Source of the DNA: Nitrososphaeria archaeon
GTDB taxonomy: Archaea > Thermoproteota > Nitrososphaeria > JACIWG01
Length of the DNA stretch: 64,000 nucleotides
NCBI GenBank assembly: GCA_963752255.1
Contig: CAVVXT010000014.1
Coordinates: forward strand, 1 to 64,000
Direction of reading: 5' to 3'
Shown: positions 18,997 through 29,346 of the stretch, piece by piece
Layout: every line of letters begins with the position of its first letter
How positions within the stretch are numbered: the stretch's first letter is position 1
Made by a program: the position numbers and the translations under genes
The notes under the pieces: model-generated
Database searches by the model: none
What the model was told of the DNA's origin: nothing
The model's input: only the letters and a program-made list of their open reading frames with translations

Positions 18997-20304
18997 ATGT
19001 CCTATAGAGGGAAACAAATGGCGAGCACCTATAGAGAATATTTAGCAGAACTTGACAGGCTAGGCAAAATTAGACGGATAGAAGAAGAAGTAGATACAAA
19101 TTTTGGTGTTTCAAAGATCATTAGCCAGAGCCAAGAAGTTCCAATTCTCTTTAAGAAGATCAAAGGGTTAGAGAACTCCCAAGTTATAGGAAATATTTGT
19201 CCTACTCGACATGATTTAAGTTTTTCATTGAATACTGAAGAAAAAGATTTATCAGAAACTGTGATCAAAGCCTTTTTAAATCTGAAGAAGCCTGTGAATA
19301 TTTCAATAGATAATTCTTGGATTACTGAAAAAGCGGATTTAGAAAGATTACCGGTGCCCAAATACTATGAGAAAGATGGAGGAAAATATTTTACATCTTC
19401 AATAATTGTTAGTAAATTTCCAAACATCAACAGAGAAAATCTATCTATACATAGAATCATGGTTCTAGATAAAAGAAAAGGGGTCATCCGAATTCTTCCC
19501 AGACATCTTAACAAAATATTAGAAGAAAGGGGTGGTAAAGCAGATGTAGCTATGTTAATTGGGGTTCATCCAGCCATATTCCTGGCAGCCGCACTTTCTG
19601 CCAATTATGGAATATCTGAATATGACATAGCAAATGCACTCCTATGCGGAAAAATGGAATTGGTTGAAATGGAAAATGGAATCATGGTACCTAAAGGAGT
19701 GGAAATTGTTCTTTTAGGAACAATTAACACTGACCGTAGAAGGAAAGAAGGACCCTTCGTTGATATAACCGGAACCTACGACGCCATAAGGGAAGAGCCA
19801 GTTATATCCTTTGAGAAGATGCTCACACCTTCGGACGGCGTTATTTTCCAAGCACTGTTACCTGCAGGAAGTGAGCATAAATTGTTCATGGGAATACCTC
19901 AAGAAATCAAGATAATATTAAATCTACAAAGTATTGGTATAGAAGTTAATCAAATCAATTTGACAGATGGTGGATGTGCCTATTTCCATTGCATAATAAG
20001 TATAAAGAAAAAGGGTGACAACGACGGTTTGAAGGTTATAAAAGAAGTCTTTAATACGTCGCATCCAATCAAACTAGTTACAGTCGTTGACGATGACATA
20101 AATCCGTTCGATTACAGAATGGTTGAATGGGCTCTGGCAACACGCTTTCAAGCAAATCGAGGTTTAGAAGTCGTCCATAATCAACACGGGTCGAGTTTAG
20201 ACCCCTCCTCCTTTAAGACGTCCATAACCTCCAAGGTAGGCATAGACGCTACACTTCCACTTCATGTTGACAAAAACAGTTTTAAAAAAGGGAAAATCCC
20301 GTGA
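18997..20304 (+). CDS. UbiD-family decarboxylase, probably anhydromevalonate phosphate decarboxylase
   Basis: LSIHRI, EGPFVDITGTYD, VDDDI..VEWALATR and SLDPS; in an operon with AcnX subunits. Confidence 0.9.
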   Translation: MSYRGKQMASTYREYLAELDRLGKIRRIEEEVDTNFGVSKIISQSQEVPILFKKIKGLENSQVIGNICPTRHDLSFSLNTEEKDLSETVIKAFLNLKKPVNISIDNSWITEKADLERLPVPKYYEKDGGKYFTSSIIVSKFPNINRENLSIHRIMVLDKRKGVIRILPRHLNKILEERGGKADVAMLIGVHPAIFLAAALSANYGISEYDIANALLCGKMELVEMENGIMVPKGVEIVLLGTINTDRRRKEGPFVDITGTYDAIREEPVISFEKMLTPSDGVIFQALLPAGSEHKLFMGIPQEIKIILNLQSIGIEVNQINLTDGGCAYFHCIISIKKKGDNDGLKVIKEVFNTSHPIKLVTVVDDDINPFDYRMVEWALATRFQANRGLEVVHNQHGSSLDPSSFKTSITSKVGIDATLPLHVDKNSFKKGKIP

Positions 20305-20310
20305 AATAAT

Positions 20311-21414
20311 GTGTCATATACTAAGGATACCTCTGAAAGGATCTTAGCGTCACTTGCAAAATATTACGGAGAAGCTAGTAGGATCAAGATTTCCAGTGCA
20401 CATCTCTCAGGAGTTTCCTATGAAAACATTGGAGATGAAGGATTATATTTTTTAAGGCAAATATCAAATAATGGCAAATTTTCAGTCTTTACAACAGCCA
20501 ATCCCATGGGAGCGGATATTTATGATAACACCTTTGGCATTCATGATAAGTTCATCGAAAAACAGAAGGAAATTGCGCAAGCACTCATTAAATTAGGTGC
20601 AGTAGAATCGTTTACGTGCACTCCCTTTGATTATTTTCCGGCTCCAAAAACGTTTTCTCACGTATCCTGGGCAGAGTCTTCAGCAGTAGTCTACGGAAAT
20701 ACTTTTCTTAATCTTCTTACAAACAAAGAGAGTTCATTAAGCGCGTTGGCAAGCGCAGTACTAGGAGAAACCATCAATTCTGGATTACACCACCAGAAAA
20801 ATCGTATACCACAAATTGGGTTCAAAATTGAATGTATAAAAAACGAAGTTGATGCAGGCTTATATGCTTACCATATAGCCAAGTTGATTGATGTACCTTT
20901 TTCAATTAATTCTTATAGACCAATGACGTCCTTAATGAAAAAAGCATTTTCCGGAGCCCTAGGAGCAGTAAGTAATGTTTCAGTTTTTAGATTAAACCAA
21001 GCAACGCTTCATAATCGGGAAATTAAGCTTAGTGATTTAAAAAGAGAGAAGATGGAATTGTCCACAGACGAGCCAGGAGAAATGATTATTCTTGGTTGCC
21101 CCCATTGGAATCATTATGAAATTGGGGAATTCTTGTCAAAGCTCGGAAACAAACGTCTAAAAAAAGACTGTTTAATCGCCTGCTATAAAGGCGCATGCCA
21201 GAGAGTTATAGAAAAAAATAGTATCGACAAATTTACAAAAAAACACATATCCTTCTTTAAAGGAGCTTGCCCGATCTTCTCACCATTACTTAAGGAGTTG
21301 GGAGTTAAGAAGGTAATAACTAACTCTGTTAAGGCAGCACACTACTATAAACTAAGGGGGATCCAAGTAAACCTGAAAACCATAGATCAAATAATTAATC
21401 AAGAGACGCAATGA
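20311..21414 (+). CDS. Aconitase X catalytic subunit, probably phosphomevalonate dehydratase large subunit
   Basis: AHLSGVSYENIG, FTCTP, WAESSA, LGCPH and TNSVKAAHY. Confidence 0.9.
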   Translation: MSYTKDTSERILASLAKYYGEASRIKISSAHLSGVSYENIGDEGLYFLRQISNNGKFSVFTTANPMGADIYDNTFGIHDKFIEKQKEIAQALIKLGAVESFTCTPFDYFPAPKTFSHVSWAESSAVVYGNTFLNLLTNKESSLSALASAVLGETINSGLHHQKNRIPQIGFKIECIKNEVDAGLYAYHIAKLIDVPFSINSYRPMTSLMKKAFSGALGAVSNVSVFRLNQATLHNREIKLSDLKREKMELSTDEPGEMIILGCPHWNHYEIGEFLSKLGNKRLKKDCLIACYKGACQRVIEKNSIDKFTKKHISFFKGACPIFSPLLKELGVKKVITNSVKAAHYYKLRGIQVNLKTIDQIINQETQ

Positions 21415-21839
21415 TCATGATAGTAGCTTCGATTAAAGGAAGGGGATTAGTTGAAGGGACCGCGCGTGGAGAAATTATTGCCACTAGACAAGCTTTATCA
21501 TTTTTAGGCGGAGTAGATAGACTAACAGGAAAGATCGTTGATCAAAAGAATGATCTCTATCAAGAAAAAGTTGGAGGCAAAGTTCTCTACATTCCTAAAT
21601 CTGTTGGAAGTACCGTTGGTGCTTATGTAATATATGCAATAAGTAAAAGAAAGCTTGGACCCAAGGCTATTATATGCAAGGATGCAGATTCCATGCTTGT
21701 TACAGGTTGTGCAATTTCTGGAATACCCTTAATTGATGGAATAAGTTTTAGTAAACTCTTTAATTCAAAGTTATATGCTATTGTAAATGGAAATAATGGT
21801 ACATTAGATTTACTGGACGAAATAAGTAATTCTGATTAA
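21411..21839 (+). CDS. Aconitase X swivel subunit (DUF126), probably phosphomevalonate dehydratase small subunit
   Basis: SFLGGVD..TG and GSTVGAYV. Confidence 0.9.
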   Translation: MIMIVASIKGRGLVEGTARGEIIATRQALSFLGGVDRLTGKIVDQKNDLYQEKVGGKVLYIPKSVGSTVGAYVIYAISKRKLGPKAIICKDADSMLVTGCAISGIPLIDGISFSKLFNSKLYAIVNGNNGTLDLLDEISNSD

Positions 21840-23125
21840 ACAGAAAGTTTGGAAATAAAGTCTTGATCAATTCCAAAGAATTCGTCAGTTACTTTTTCCA
21901 CAATTTCTCTATTCTCTACAGTCGTGTACACCCTGAGCATGTCAACATAGCCTCTGATTGCGTTCAGGACTACGTTTTCTTGAAATGACATCATCCATAC
22001 ACTTTTACCTTTTGAAGATTTACTGAAAACACAAAGTTCGTCTAGTGCTTCACGTTTTGATGATACAGGGAGGGAAGGAGCTGTTGTAACATCGACGTAC
22101 AGAGCTTTATCAGAGATTTTGGCCCGATTACTTATGGTTTTGACAAGAGTTTCACGAACATCTTTTTGAGTTAATATCTGATATATTAGGGGATCTTTTC
22201 TGTGTACAACCTTTTCATAAACACATTTGACTAACTTCCGATCTTGAACATCTTTGATTAATTCTTGAGATTCCTGAAGTCTTAAATCATCAGAGCCTAA
22301 TATCTTGTATAAAATGGATTCGTCATCCATATTTATTAGATCTTTAATATCTTCAAAGTTAGAGAAGTCAAGAATATCATCAGCCAGTGAGAGGGCACGA
22401 ATCATCATTATTTCAGATGCTCGAACCGTCTTATGAAAGTAAACCGCTTTGAACATTTCATACCGTGAAATCATCATTGCTTCCAAAGAATAAACAGCAC
22501 TGTGATCGAGTGCAAGATGACCGTCTTTTTCGCAAATATCAAAAGAATTTAATAACCTATTTACATCTATTTTCCCATATTCAACGCCAGTGAAGTAAGC
22601 GTCTCTTAGAACATAATCCATAATGTCAACGCTTAATCCACCGCCGACTATCTCATTCATAAACATCGGATCCTTCTTTGAGCGACCAATAGCTAGGTCA
22701 GCTATATTTTTCGGAGAAAAACCGTACTTTTGCAGAATATCTTTTATTCCCGTTTCCTTGATGATCCTTTTTGTCAGATCTTCATGCGTTAGATTCCTTT
22801 TTGAAAATATAACTTCTTCAAACAAATGTGAAAAAGGACCATGTCCAACGTCGTGCAAAAGGGCAGCTGCCCTAAGCTTTTGCATATCATCTACGGTTAT
22901 AATCTTTTTAGCAAGAAAAAGGTCACCGATATACCCAGCGAGGTATAGGGCACCAAGAGAATGGCTGAACCTGGTATGCACTGCACTAGGATATGTCAAA
23001 TGTGCGCCTGAAAGCTGTTTTATCCGCCGTAATCTTTGAAATTCCTTTGTATCAATTAAATCGCGCTCCAACTCTGTTAGTTTTATGTACCCATGCACGG
23101 GATCTTTAATCTCTAAAACTTCCAT
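21836..23125 (-). CDS. HD-domain dNTP triphosphohydrolase-like protein
   Basis: DPVHG, FQRLRRIKQL, HTRFSHSLG, LHDVGHGPFSH, DYVLRD and VYFHKT. Confidence 0.93.
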   Translation of the reverse strand: MEVLEIKDPVHGYIKLTELERDLIDTKEFQRLRRIKQLSGAHLTYPSAVHTRFSHSLGALYLAGYIGDLFLAKKIITVDDMQKLRAAALLHDVGHGPFSHLFEEVIFSKRNLTHEDLTKRIIKETGIKDILQKYGFSPKNIADLAIGRSKKDPMFMNEIVGGGLSVDIMDYVLRDAYFTGVEYGKIDVNRLLNSFDICEKDGHLALDHSAVYSLEAMMISRYEMFKAVYFHKTVRASEIMMIRALSLADDILDFSNFEDIKDLINMDDESILYKILGSDDLRLQESQELIKDVQDRKLVKCVYEKVVHRKDPLIYQILTQKDVRETLVKTISNRAKISDKALYVDVTTAPSLPVSSKREALDELCVFSKSSKGKSVWMMSFQENVVLNAIRGYVDMLRVYTTVENREIVEKVTDEFFGIDQDFISKLSV

Positions 23126-23138
23126 TATGAACCAATCA

Positions 23139-23735
23139 TTAGATGCGACGTTTTAACCTTTCGGAAACAGCTTTCCAAATTAAATTATGAACAGCGTTTA
23201 TCGACAGATTTCCGTCTACAATGACCCACTTGTTTTCACTTGCTAATTTAATAAAACACCTTCTTACGCGTGCCAAATATTCCAGATCTTTCTCATGAAT
23301 GTCACGATCATGCTCCTTCCTTCTAAAGGAAACATTAGGTTGAAGATCCAAAACTATCGTTAAATTTGTACGGGGCAAATGCGAATCTAAACTTTTTAAC
23401 CATTGAATAGGAAGATTGTTGGCTAATCCATAAGCCCAATTCGATTGATAATACCTATCAAACACAATTGTATATCCTTGTTCAATTAATTCTTCAATCT
23501 TAGGTTTTAACTCCCACCTATTAGCTGACAATAACATATGTTTCACTTCTAAAGGTACTTGAATTTCATTTGATAATATTCTCTTAATTAGTTTGCCAAC
23601 AGGTGTCTTGTAATCTGGAAAGGACATTTTAGTTGCGTTAACGCCGTTTTCCTTTAGCTTTAAAACTAGTAATTCTGTTTGAGTCTTTTTCCCAGATTGG
23701 TCTATTCCTTCTATTGCAATTAGCGGCGGAATCAC
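23139..23735 (-). CDS. tmk: Thymidylate kinase
   Basis: IEGIDQSGKKTQ, SANRWE and DRYYQS. Confidence 0.95.
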   Translation of the reverse strand: MIPPLIAIEGIDQSGKKTQTELLVLKLKENGVNATKMSFPDYKTPVGKLIKRILSNEIQVPLEVKHMLLSANRWELKPKIEELIEQGYTIVFDRYYQSNWAYGLANNLPIQWLKSLDSHLPRTNLTIVLDLQPNVSFRRKEHDRDIHEKDLEYLARVRRCFIKLASENKWVIVDGNLSINAVHNLIWKAVSERLKRRI

Positions 23736-23790
23736 ACATCAATATATTAAAGATAGACTTAAAAAATGATGCCATTATTGGTATAAACAT

Positions 23791-24923
23791 ATGAAAAGGA
23801 TAGGGTTCATAGTGAATCCCATAGCCGGGCTAGACTGAAATAAGGGCCAAGCGGCGTTTTGGGATTAAAAGGAACCGATAATCTGGAAATAATAGAATTA
23901 GCAATGGTAGAAAAGGTTCCGCAGATAGCCCAGAAAAGAGCCTTCGAATTTGCCGAGAAGATTGCGACGCTTAGAAAAAATGATTTCTTTTTCTATACTT
24001 CTAACTCTAAAATGGGTGAAGATTATTTACGGAACAAAGGAATTAATTTTGAAGTAGCCTATGAATATAAAGGTAAGTTTAGCACAAGTAGAGATACTGA
24101 GAAGCTTTGTGAAAAGCTTATGACAGTTCGTGTTGAAGCAATATTTTTTGTAGGAGGAGATGGCACTGCCTGTGACATCTTTCGGGTAATAGGAAATAAG
24201 GTGCCTCTTATAGGAATACCTGCCGGAGTTAAAATGTACAGCGGCATATTTTGTACTACAGTCAATACTTCAGTCAAAGCTCTCTCCAATTTTTTGGAAG
24301 GATCTTACGAATTATGCGAAGAAGAAATAATTGATATAAATGAGGAAGACTATAGAAAGGATGAATTTAATCTTAAAGTATATGGTTATGCTTCGACTTT
24401 AAAAGAATCGGAGAATATCCAAGGATCGAAATCAGATTATTATGGACAGGACAAGGATAATCAAGAAAGGATTGCAAAGTACTTTACAGAAAATATGGAG
24501 AAAGAAACTTACTACATATTGGGACCCGGAACTACAGTTAAGGCAATACCAAAAATGCTTAATCAACCGTATACGCTCTTAGGTGTCGATATACTTCTCG
24601 AAGGAAAGGTGATTGCACGAGATGTTGATGAAAAACACATCTTAAACATTACTAAAGGAAGGAATGTAAAACTTGTTCTAAGCCCCTTAGGTGGACAGGG
24701 GATAATACTAGGCCGAGGCAACCAGCAAATCTCCTCAAAAGTGTTGCGAAGAATTAAAAGGCATGACTTGATATTACTAGCAACAGAAAAAAAACTAAAA
24801 GGTTTACGGAGGAATTATCTAATTGCTGATATTGATGATAGTTTTGTTCGAAAAATATTTGGGGGATATGTACGGGTATTGGTAGATTATAACATAGAAA
24901 GGGTTCTGAAATTAATCTATTAA
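23791..24923 (+). CDS. ATP-NAD/AcoX kinase-family protein, interrupted by a 17-nt BHB intron (exons 23791-23833 and 23851-24923; 371 aa spliced)
   Basis: Spliced N-terminus [46 protein letters not shown] and GRGNQQ. Confidence 0.9.
23834..23850 (+). other. Predicted archaeal pre-mRNA intron with a canonical bulge-helix-bulge motif
   Basis: GCCG-GGCT-AG^A-CT(GAAATA)AG-GGCC-AA^G-CGGC; excision restores the frame and the motif. Confidence 0.88.
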
Positions 24924-24964
24924 AAAGCTTTAACCTACAATTATTTTAAGGTAGGAGCAGGAGC

Positions 24965-27055
24965 ATGAACCTAAAAAGACTTTTTCCTAAGGGAGAGTTT
25001 CCTAAAAGGCTAACCATAAAAAGGGAACAGATGTTAATCGTCTACGCTATCGCAGCGATATTTACATTAAGTGTAGGAACAAGACTGCTCTCTGCAAAGT
25101 ACGGCTTCTACTTGAACGAGTTTGACACTTATTGGCACTATCTTCAAACTTATAACATCGTCCAAAGCTTTGACCAGAAAGGTTTTTCAGGTCTATTTAA
25201 TTTTTTCCATTTAACAGATACGATGTCGTGGTATCCCGAAGGAAGAGACGTTGCTTCAACTTCTTTCGGTGGACTATATTATATTGGAGCTTTATCATAT
25301 ATTACCCTACGAAATGTATTCGGCATGAACATAAGCTTGTATGACTATTTGGTCCTATTGCCAGTAGTAGTTGGAGGATTTATTTCAATAGCAGTTTACC
25401 TCCTAGGAAGAAAGATAGACGGTGAGGCGGTAGGTATTTTTGCAGGAATCATTACTGCTATTTCACCACCTCTAATTTCTAGAGATTCCTTTGGATGGTG
25501 GAAAACCGAACCATTTGCTTACCTTTTTGGAGTACTTGCTCTTCTTCTATTTATTTCACTGGTGGAAGGAGACCGTGCGGACCTTAAAAGCATCATAAGT
25601 TCGTCTATTGCAGGAATCCTGCTTGGCCTTGGGATGACAATCTGGGGTGGCACAATGTACTTTATTGGAACAGTGGGAATTGTTCTTTTTATTTCCCTGT
25701 TCTTCATTAAATCCTACAAAGCTCTCTTTGAAAACGTACTGGTCTTGGTGGTTTGGAACCTAGTAATTAGCATGATGTTCCAAAAGCCAGGGTTTACCGT
25801 ATTTATCAACCCAGCAAATATTGTGATCTACGGTGGGTTACTGAGTTGTCTAATTCTCATTGTGAGGCAGAAGATTACTCCCCTGGTCACAATCAGGGAT
25901 AAAATATATTCAATTTTACTTGCAGCGTTATTCGGTGTTGCACTAGTTGGATTGGGAGCCGTAGGTGGACTTAGTGCAAGATATCTTACAGTTATTTTTC
26001 CCACGTTATCTACGTCAACGACTTCTGTAGATCAGCTCGTGGCATCCGTCGCTGAACAGACATCATCCACTATTGCAGAATATTTTTCATATTTCTCTAT
26101 AATACTGTTCATTTCAGGATTTAGTGTCTATTATATCCTAAAGAAAGGTGAATTCAAAAAAATCGCTGCACTTTTGTTCGCTGCAACAGCGTTATATTTT
26201 GCTGCGTCATTTGGAAGGCTTGCAATTTATATGAGCTTTGCGTTTCCTATTTTAGGTGGGATTGGCATTTTAGCAATTCTCAGAGCTTTACTTGTCCAAC
26301 CGACACAACTTTCAACCAAGAAGAGAGCTAGTAAGGGACCTTCTAACACTAACTTGGAAATAGTTTTCGTAGTCTTCATAATAACCTTATTACTCTGGAG
26401 TAGCATCATATGGATTAGCTATGCTAATCAGCCGGTTTCCATAGCCACGGGATCGGTTTCAACTACGACAACGAGCCCAGCTTGGCTGGACACTCTCACA
26501 TACATCAGAGAAAACACGCCGCAAAACGCAGTGATCATATCCTGGTGGGACTACGGCTATTGGATAAGGGTAGTAGGTAACAGAACTACATTAATCGATA
26601 ATGCAACTCTTAACGCAACTAAAATTGCGCTAGTTGGACAGATGTATATGTCAAATGAAAGTGAAGCTATCAAATTAATAAAGGAGCTTGTGCCAAATAG
26701 AACGAGTATATATGTGGTAGTTTACGCCGTCACCTATCAAGAGCTTCAACAAGGCCTATATTTAATAGGTGGTGGAGGGGAGGAGAGCAAATACGTTTGG
26801 ATGGCAAAAATAGCACTGCTTAATTCCTCTCTCTATATGGACCCTTCAACTGGAAATCCGACAGATTATTTCTGGGCTAATACTACGCTAGGACAATTGT
26901 ATCCTTTTATCCCTGAGCAGGTTCAATACGGCCAACAAGTAATAACGGCCTATTATTATACCCAAAAGATGACTAACGATCCGCACTTCCAACTAGTTTA
27001 TAATTCGACATTCACCTCATACGATCAAGTATTACTTTACAAAGTCAACTTTTAG
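24965..27055 (+). CDS. aglB: Oligosaccharyltransferase AglB/STT3
   Basis: LNEFD, WYPEGR, SVAEQ, SWWDYGYW, DNAT and ESK motifs; many TM helices. Confidence 0.96.
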   Translation: MNLKRLFPKGEFPKRLTIKREQMLIVYAIAAIFTLSVGTRLLSAKYGFYLNEFDTYWHYLQTYNIVQSFDQKGFSGLFNFFHLTDTMSWYPEGRDVASTSFGGLYYIGALSYITLRNVFGMNISLYDYLVLLPVVVGGFISIAVYLLGRKIDGEAVGIFAGIITAISPPLISRDSFGWWKTEPFAYLFGVLALLLFISLVEGDRADLKSIISSSIAGILLGLGMTIWGGTMYFIGTVGIVLFISLFFIKSYKALFENVLVLVVWNLVISMMFQKPGFTVFINPANIVIYGGLLSCLILIVRQKITPLVTIRDKIYSILLAALFGVALVGLGAVGGLSARYLTVIFPTLSTSTTSVDQLVASVAEQTSSTIAEYFSYFSIILFISGFSVYYILKKGEFKKIAALLFAATALYFAASFGRLAIYMSFAFPILGGIGILAILRALLVQPTQLSTKKRASKGPSNTNLEIVFVVFIITLLLWSSIIWISYANQPVSIATGSVSTTTTSPAWLDTLTYIRENTPQNAVIISWWDYGYWIRVVGNRTTLIDNATLNATKIALVGQMYMSNESEAIKLIKELVPNRTSIYVVVYAVTYQELQQGLYLIGGGGEESKYVWMAKIALLNSSLYMDPSTGNPTDYFWANTTLGQLYPFIPEQVQYGQQVITAYYYTQKMTNDPHFQLVYNSTFTSYDQVLLYKVNF

Positions 27056-27206
27056 AGTGCTTCAATTTGGTTCTTAGGTAAGAATATTTATCATCAGGCG
27101 AGAATTTAGGGGGATGTGGGACTATCGTTAGACTTCCACATTTTGGACAGTGTTCACTTAAAGTATAAACAGTACATTTTTCACATATTCTTAATAAGGA
27201 CTTCAT
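27045..27206 (-). CDS. nop10: H/ACA RNP protein Nop10, not in the ORF track
   Basis: CEKCTVYTL..CPKCG..PHPPKFSPDDKYSYLR. Confidence 0.95.
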   Translation of the reverse strand: MKSLLRICEKCTVYTLSEHCPKCGSLTIVPHPPKFSPDDKYSYLRTKLKHSKS

Positions 27207-27219
27207 GTCTACCTGCTCT

Positions 27220-28005
27220 TTATATCCTTTTCAGGGATACAGTACACTTGTAACGTTTAGCTTCCTTTTGGACTATTTCGTTCGCTTGTCTTAGGAACTG
27301 TTCAGCAATTTTATAATTCGGAGCTATTATTGAAACACGGTAATTTGGTGCGCTCACATATTTTATTGACGCCTTAACGTCTTCTCGCTCTATTTTTGTT
27401 GTGGAACTCAAAATTTGCTTTATTATATCTAATCCGTTAGAAGCTGAAGAGGAGAGTTGTATTATCTCGTTGACTACAACTGGAGGGGGAGCTAATTTTT
27501 CTTTTGCAACTTCATACACCCTTTGCGCAAATTCTTCCGGTAAAGATAATTTTATTAGAATTGAAGTACCTTTTTCAAGCAACGAATCTATCATTGTATA
27601 CAAAGATGGATATTCTTCGAGAATTTTTTCTTCAAAACTCGCTACTTGGCTATCAGAGAGTTTTAGATCTAATGCAACCTTCTTTATCACGCTTTTACTT
27701 TTTTCCTCTTTCTTAAGCAAAATCAACTTATCTCTTCTTTCTTCGTCTGTCAGACGTCGGAGAGAAAGATCTACTTCTTTCCTAGCCTTATTTATTCTAG
27801 TTACTTTAAGGATTGTTTTTTGCTTCTCTTGTATAAAACGATCAATATGCTTTACCCACCCAGAGGCAATTTCGGAGATGTGTAGAAATCCCCTCACATT
27901 CTTATATTCATCAAGTGTAACATAGGCGCCATAGGACGTTATCTCCGTTACTGTCGCAAGGACAACTTCTCCTTCATCAGGGAGCAAAAGGTCTTTTCCT
28001 GACAT
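27220..28005 (-). CDS. eif2a: Translation initiation factor aIF2 alpha
   Basis: PDEGEVV, GAYVTLDEY, LHISEI, VDLSLRR and APNY. Confidence 0.95.
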   Translation of the reverse strand: MSGKDLLLPDEGEVVLATVTEITSYGAYVTLDEYKNVRGFLHISEIASGWVKHIDRFIQEKQKTILKVTRINKARKEVDLSLRRLTDEERRDKLILLKKEEKSKSVIKKVALDLKLSDSQVASFEEKILEEYPSLYTMIDSLLEKGTSILIKLSLPEEFAQRVYEVAKEKLAPPPVVVNEIIQLSSSASNGLDIIKQILSSTTKIEREDVKASIKYVSAPNYRVSIIAPNYKIAEQFLRQANEIVQKEAKRYKCTVSLKRI

Positions 28006-28051
28006 CTAATCCAAAGTAGGTAAATAATTAGGATATTATAACCTTTGAATT

Positions 28052-28798
28052 TTATTCGATTCTTGGGGCTAGATAGTAGCAAAGGTCAATTCCATATGCT
28101 CCAATCTTGAATAATAGCTTTATAGGCATCTTGGTTGAGAATTCCAATGAAACGTTTTCTGATACGGAAGATAATGAACCTATTATATTATGTAAATGCG
28201 ATAGACTGTAGGTTGCAGTACTTTCTTCTTTTACGTCAACAGAAATTATATCTTCATTTGTTTTATCAAGAAGTATTTTGGCATTTCCTGTATCACCTTG
28301 GCCCTCTAGTATTATTTGATCTTTCTTTGCAGAAATATTTACAGTTTCTGAGACGACTTGAACGTCGTCCAGAAGTTTCTCTAATGCTTTAGTCTTTATG
28401 ACAGCCTTTGAATTAAGTGAAATCTTGGGTAACGGTGTAGATGAACTATAGGGCTCAATTAAATGAATTAAATATTCCTTTTTATAAGAGTTGACGAATT
28501 TAATCATAAGGCTGTTGTCCTTTGTTTCTAGCTCAACTTTATCGTTTGATGAAGCACGCTTTATTAGTTTGACGAAATCTTCGATCTTTAATCCTATTTT
28601 TAGAGGCTGTGAACATTCATATTTTTCAAATGCAGAATTAGGCCAGTTTAAATCTATCAGTGCAATATGCGAGGGATCCATTCCTCTAAAGTTCAGTCCT
28701 TGAGAAGTTGCTTCAAACGTTGCTTCTTCGACGATTGTGGAGATAGCGACAGCGATTGCTTTCCATTCTTCTGGGGTTTCACTTCTTGCGACGAACAT
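28052..28798 (-). CDS. pcn: PCNA sliding clamp
   Basis: GMDPSHIAL, FEKYEC and C-terminal YYLAPR. Confidence 0.96.
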   Translation of the reverse strand: MFVARSETPEEWKAIAVAISTIVEEATFEATSQGLNFRGMDPSHIALIDLNWPNSAFEKYECSQPLKIGLKIEDFVKLIKRASSNDKVELETKDNSLMIKFVNSYKKEYLIHLIEPYSSSTPLPKISLNSKAVIKTKALEKLLDDVQVVSETVNISAKKDQIILEGQGDTGNAKILLDKTNEDIISVDVKEESTATYSLSHLHNIIGSLSSVSENVSLEFSTKMPIKLLFKIGAYGIDLCYYLAPRIE

Positions 28799-28850
28799 TT
28801 GGGCTCACAATATCATAAAAATCTATGTTAATAAAAGTAACTGTAATTCC

Positions 28851-29075
28851 TTAAACAGAATCAAGCCTCTTAGTTACGCTGCCGTTGATTATTGCCTTAC
28901 CACCTGTATTCTCACATAAAACTTCATTACAAGAAGGACATTTGATTGTTTCAGTTGATGCGGAGAATATTACCTTCTGAGCCTTACAATTGTTACATTC
29001 CACGACATAGAAGGCACTGTTCGGCTTTGGAACAAGAATTTTCTCCTTTTTGTTCATATAAAGATCACTTTTCAA
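28851..29075 (-). CDS. rps27e: 30S ribosomal protein S27e
   Basis: PNSAFYVVECNNC..CPSC..TGGKA. Confidence 0.95.
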   Translation of the reverse strand: MKSDLYMNKKEKILVPKPNSAFYVVECNNCKAQKVIFSASTETIKCPSCNEVLCENTGGKAIINGSVTKRLDSV

Positions 29076-29346
29076 CGATCTCAGCTTTCCTGAGTCTTAT
29101 GCCTGGTTTCTGCAGGGTTTTATTACATTGTTTGCATTTGAGTTTTAGTGAAACTTTTTTCGTTGTCTTAGCAGTCCTTATAAGCTCAGGAAACTTTTGC
29201 CCACCATAACCTTTTCTATCTTGCTCATGGTGACGAGCACCTGCGGCAGAACGCCTCTCTTTTCCCTTTTTATAAATAGAAACAGTGTGAATAGTATGTG
29301 TTTTACATTTTGGACAGTATGTTTTTACTTCTTTAGGTATCTTCAA
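29065..29346 (-). CDS. rpl44e: 50S ribosomal protein L44e
   Basis: TYCPKCKTHT, GYGGQKFP and KTTKK. Confidence 0.96.
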   Translation of the reverse strand: MKIPKEVKTYCPKCKTHTIHTVSIYKKGKERRSAAGARHHEQDRKGYGGQKFPELIRTAKTTKKVSLKLKCKQCNKTLQKPGIRLRKAEIVEK

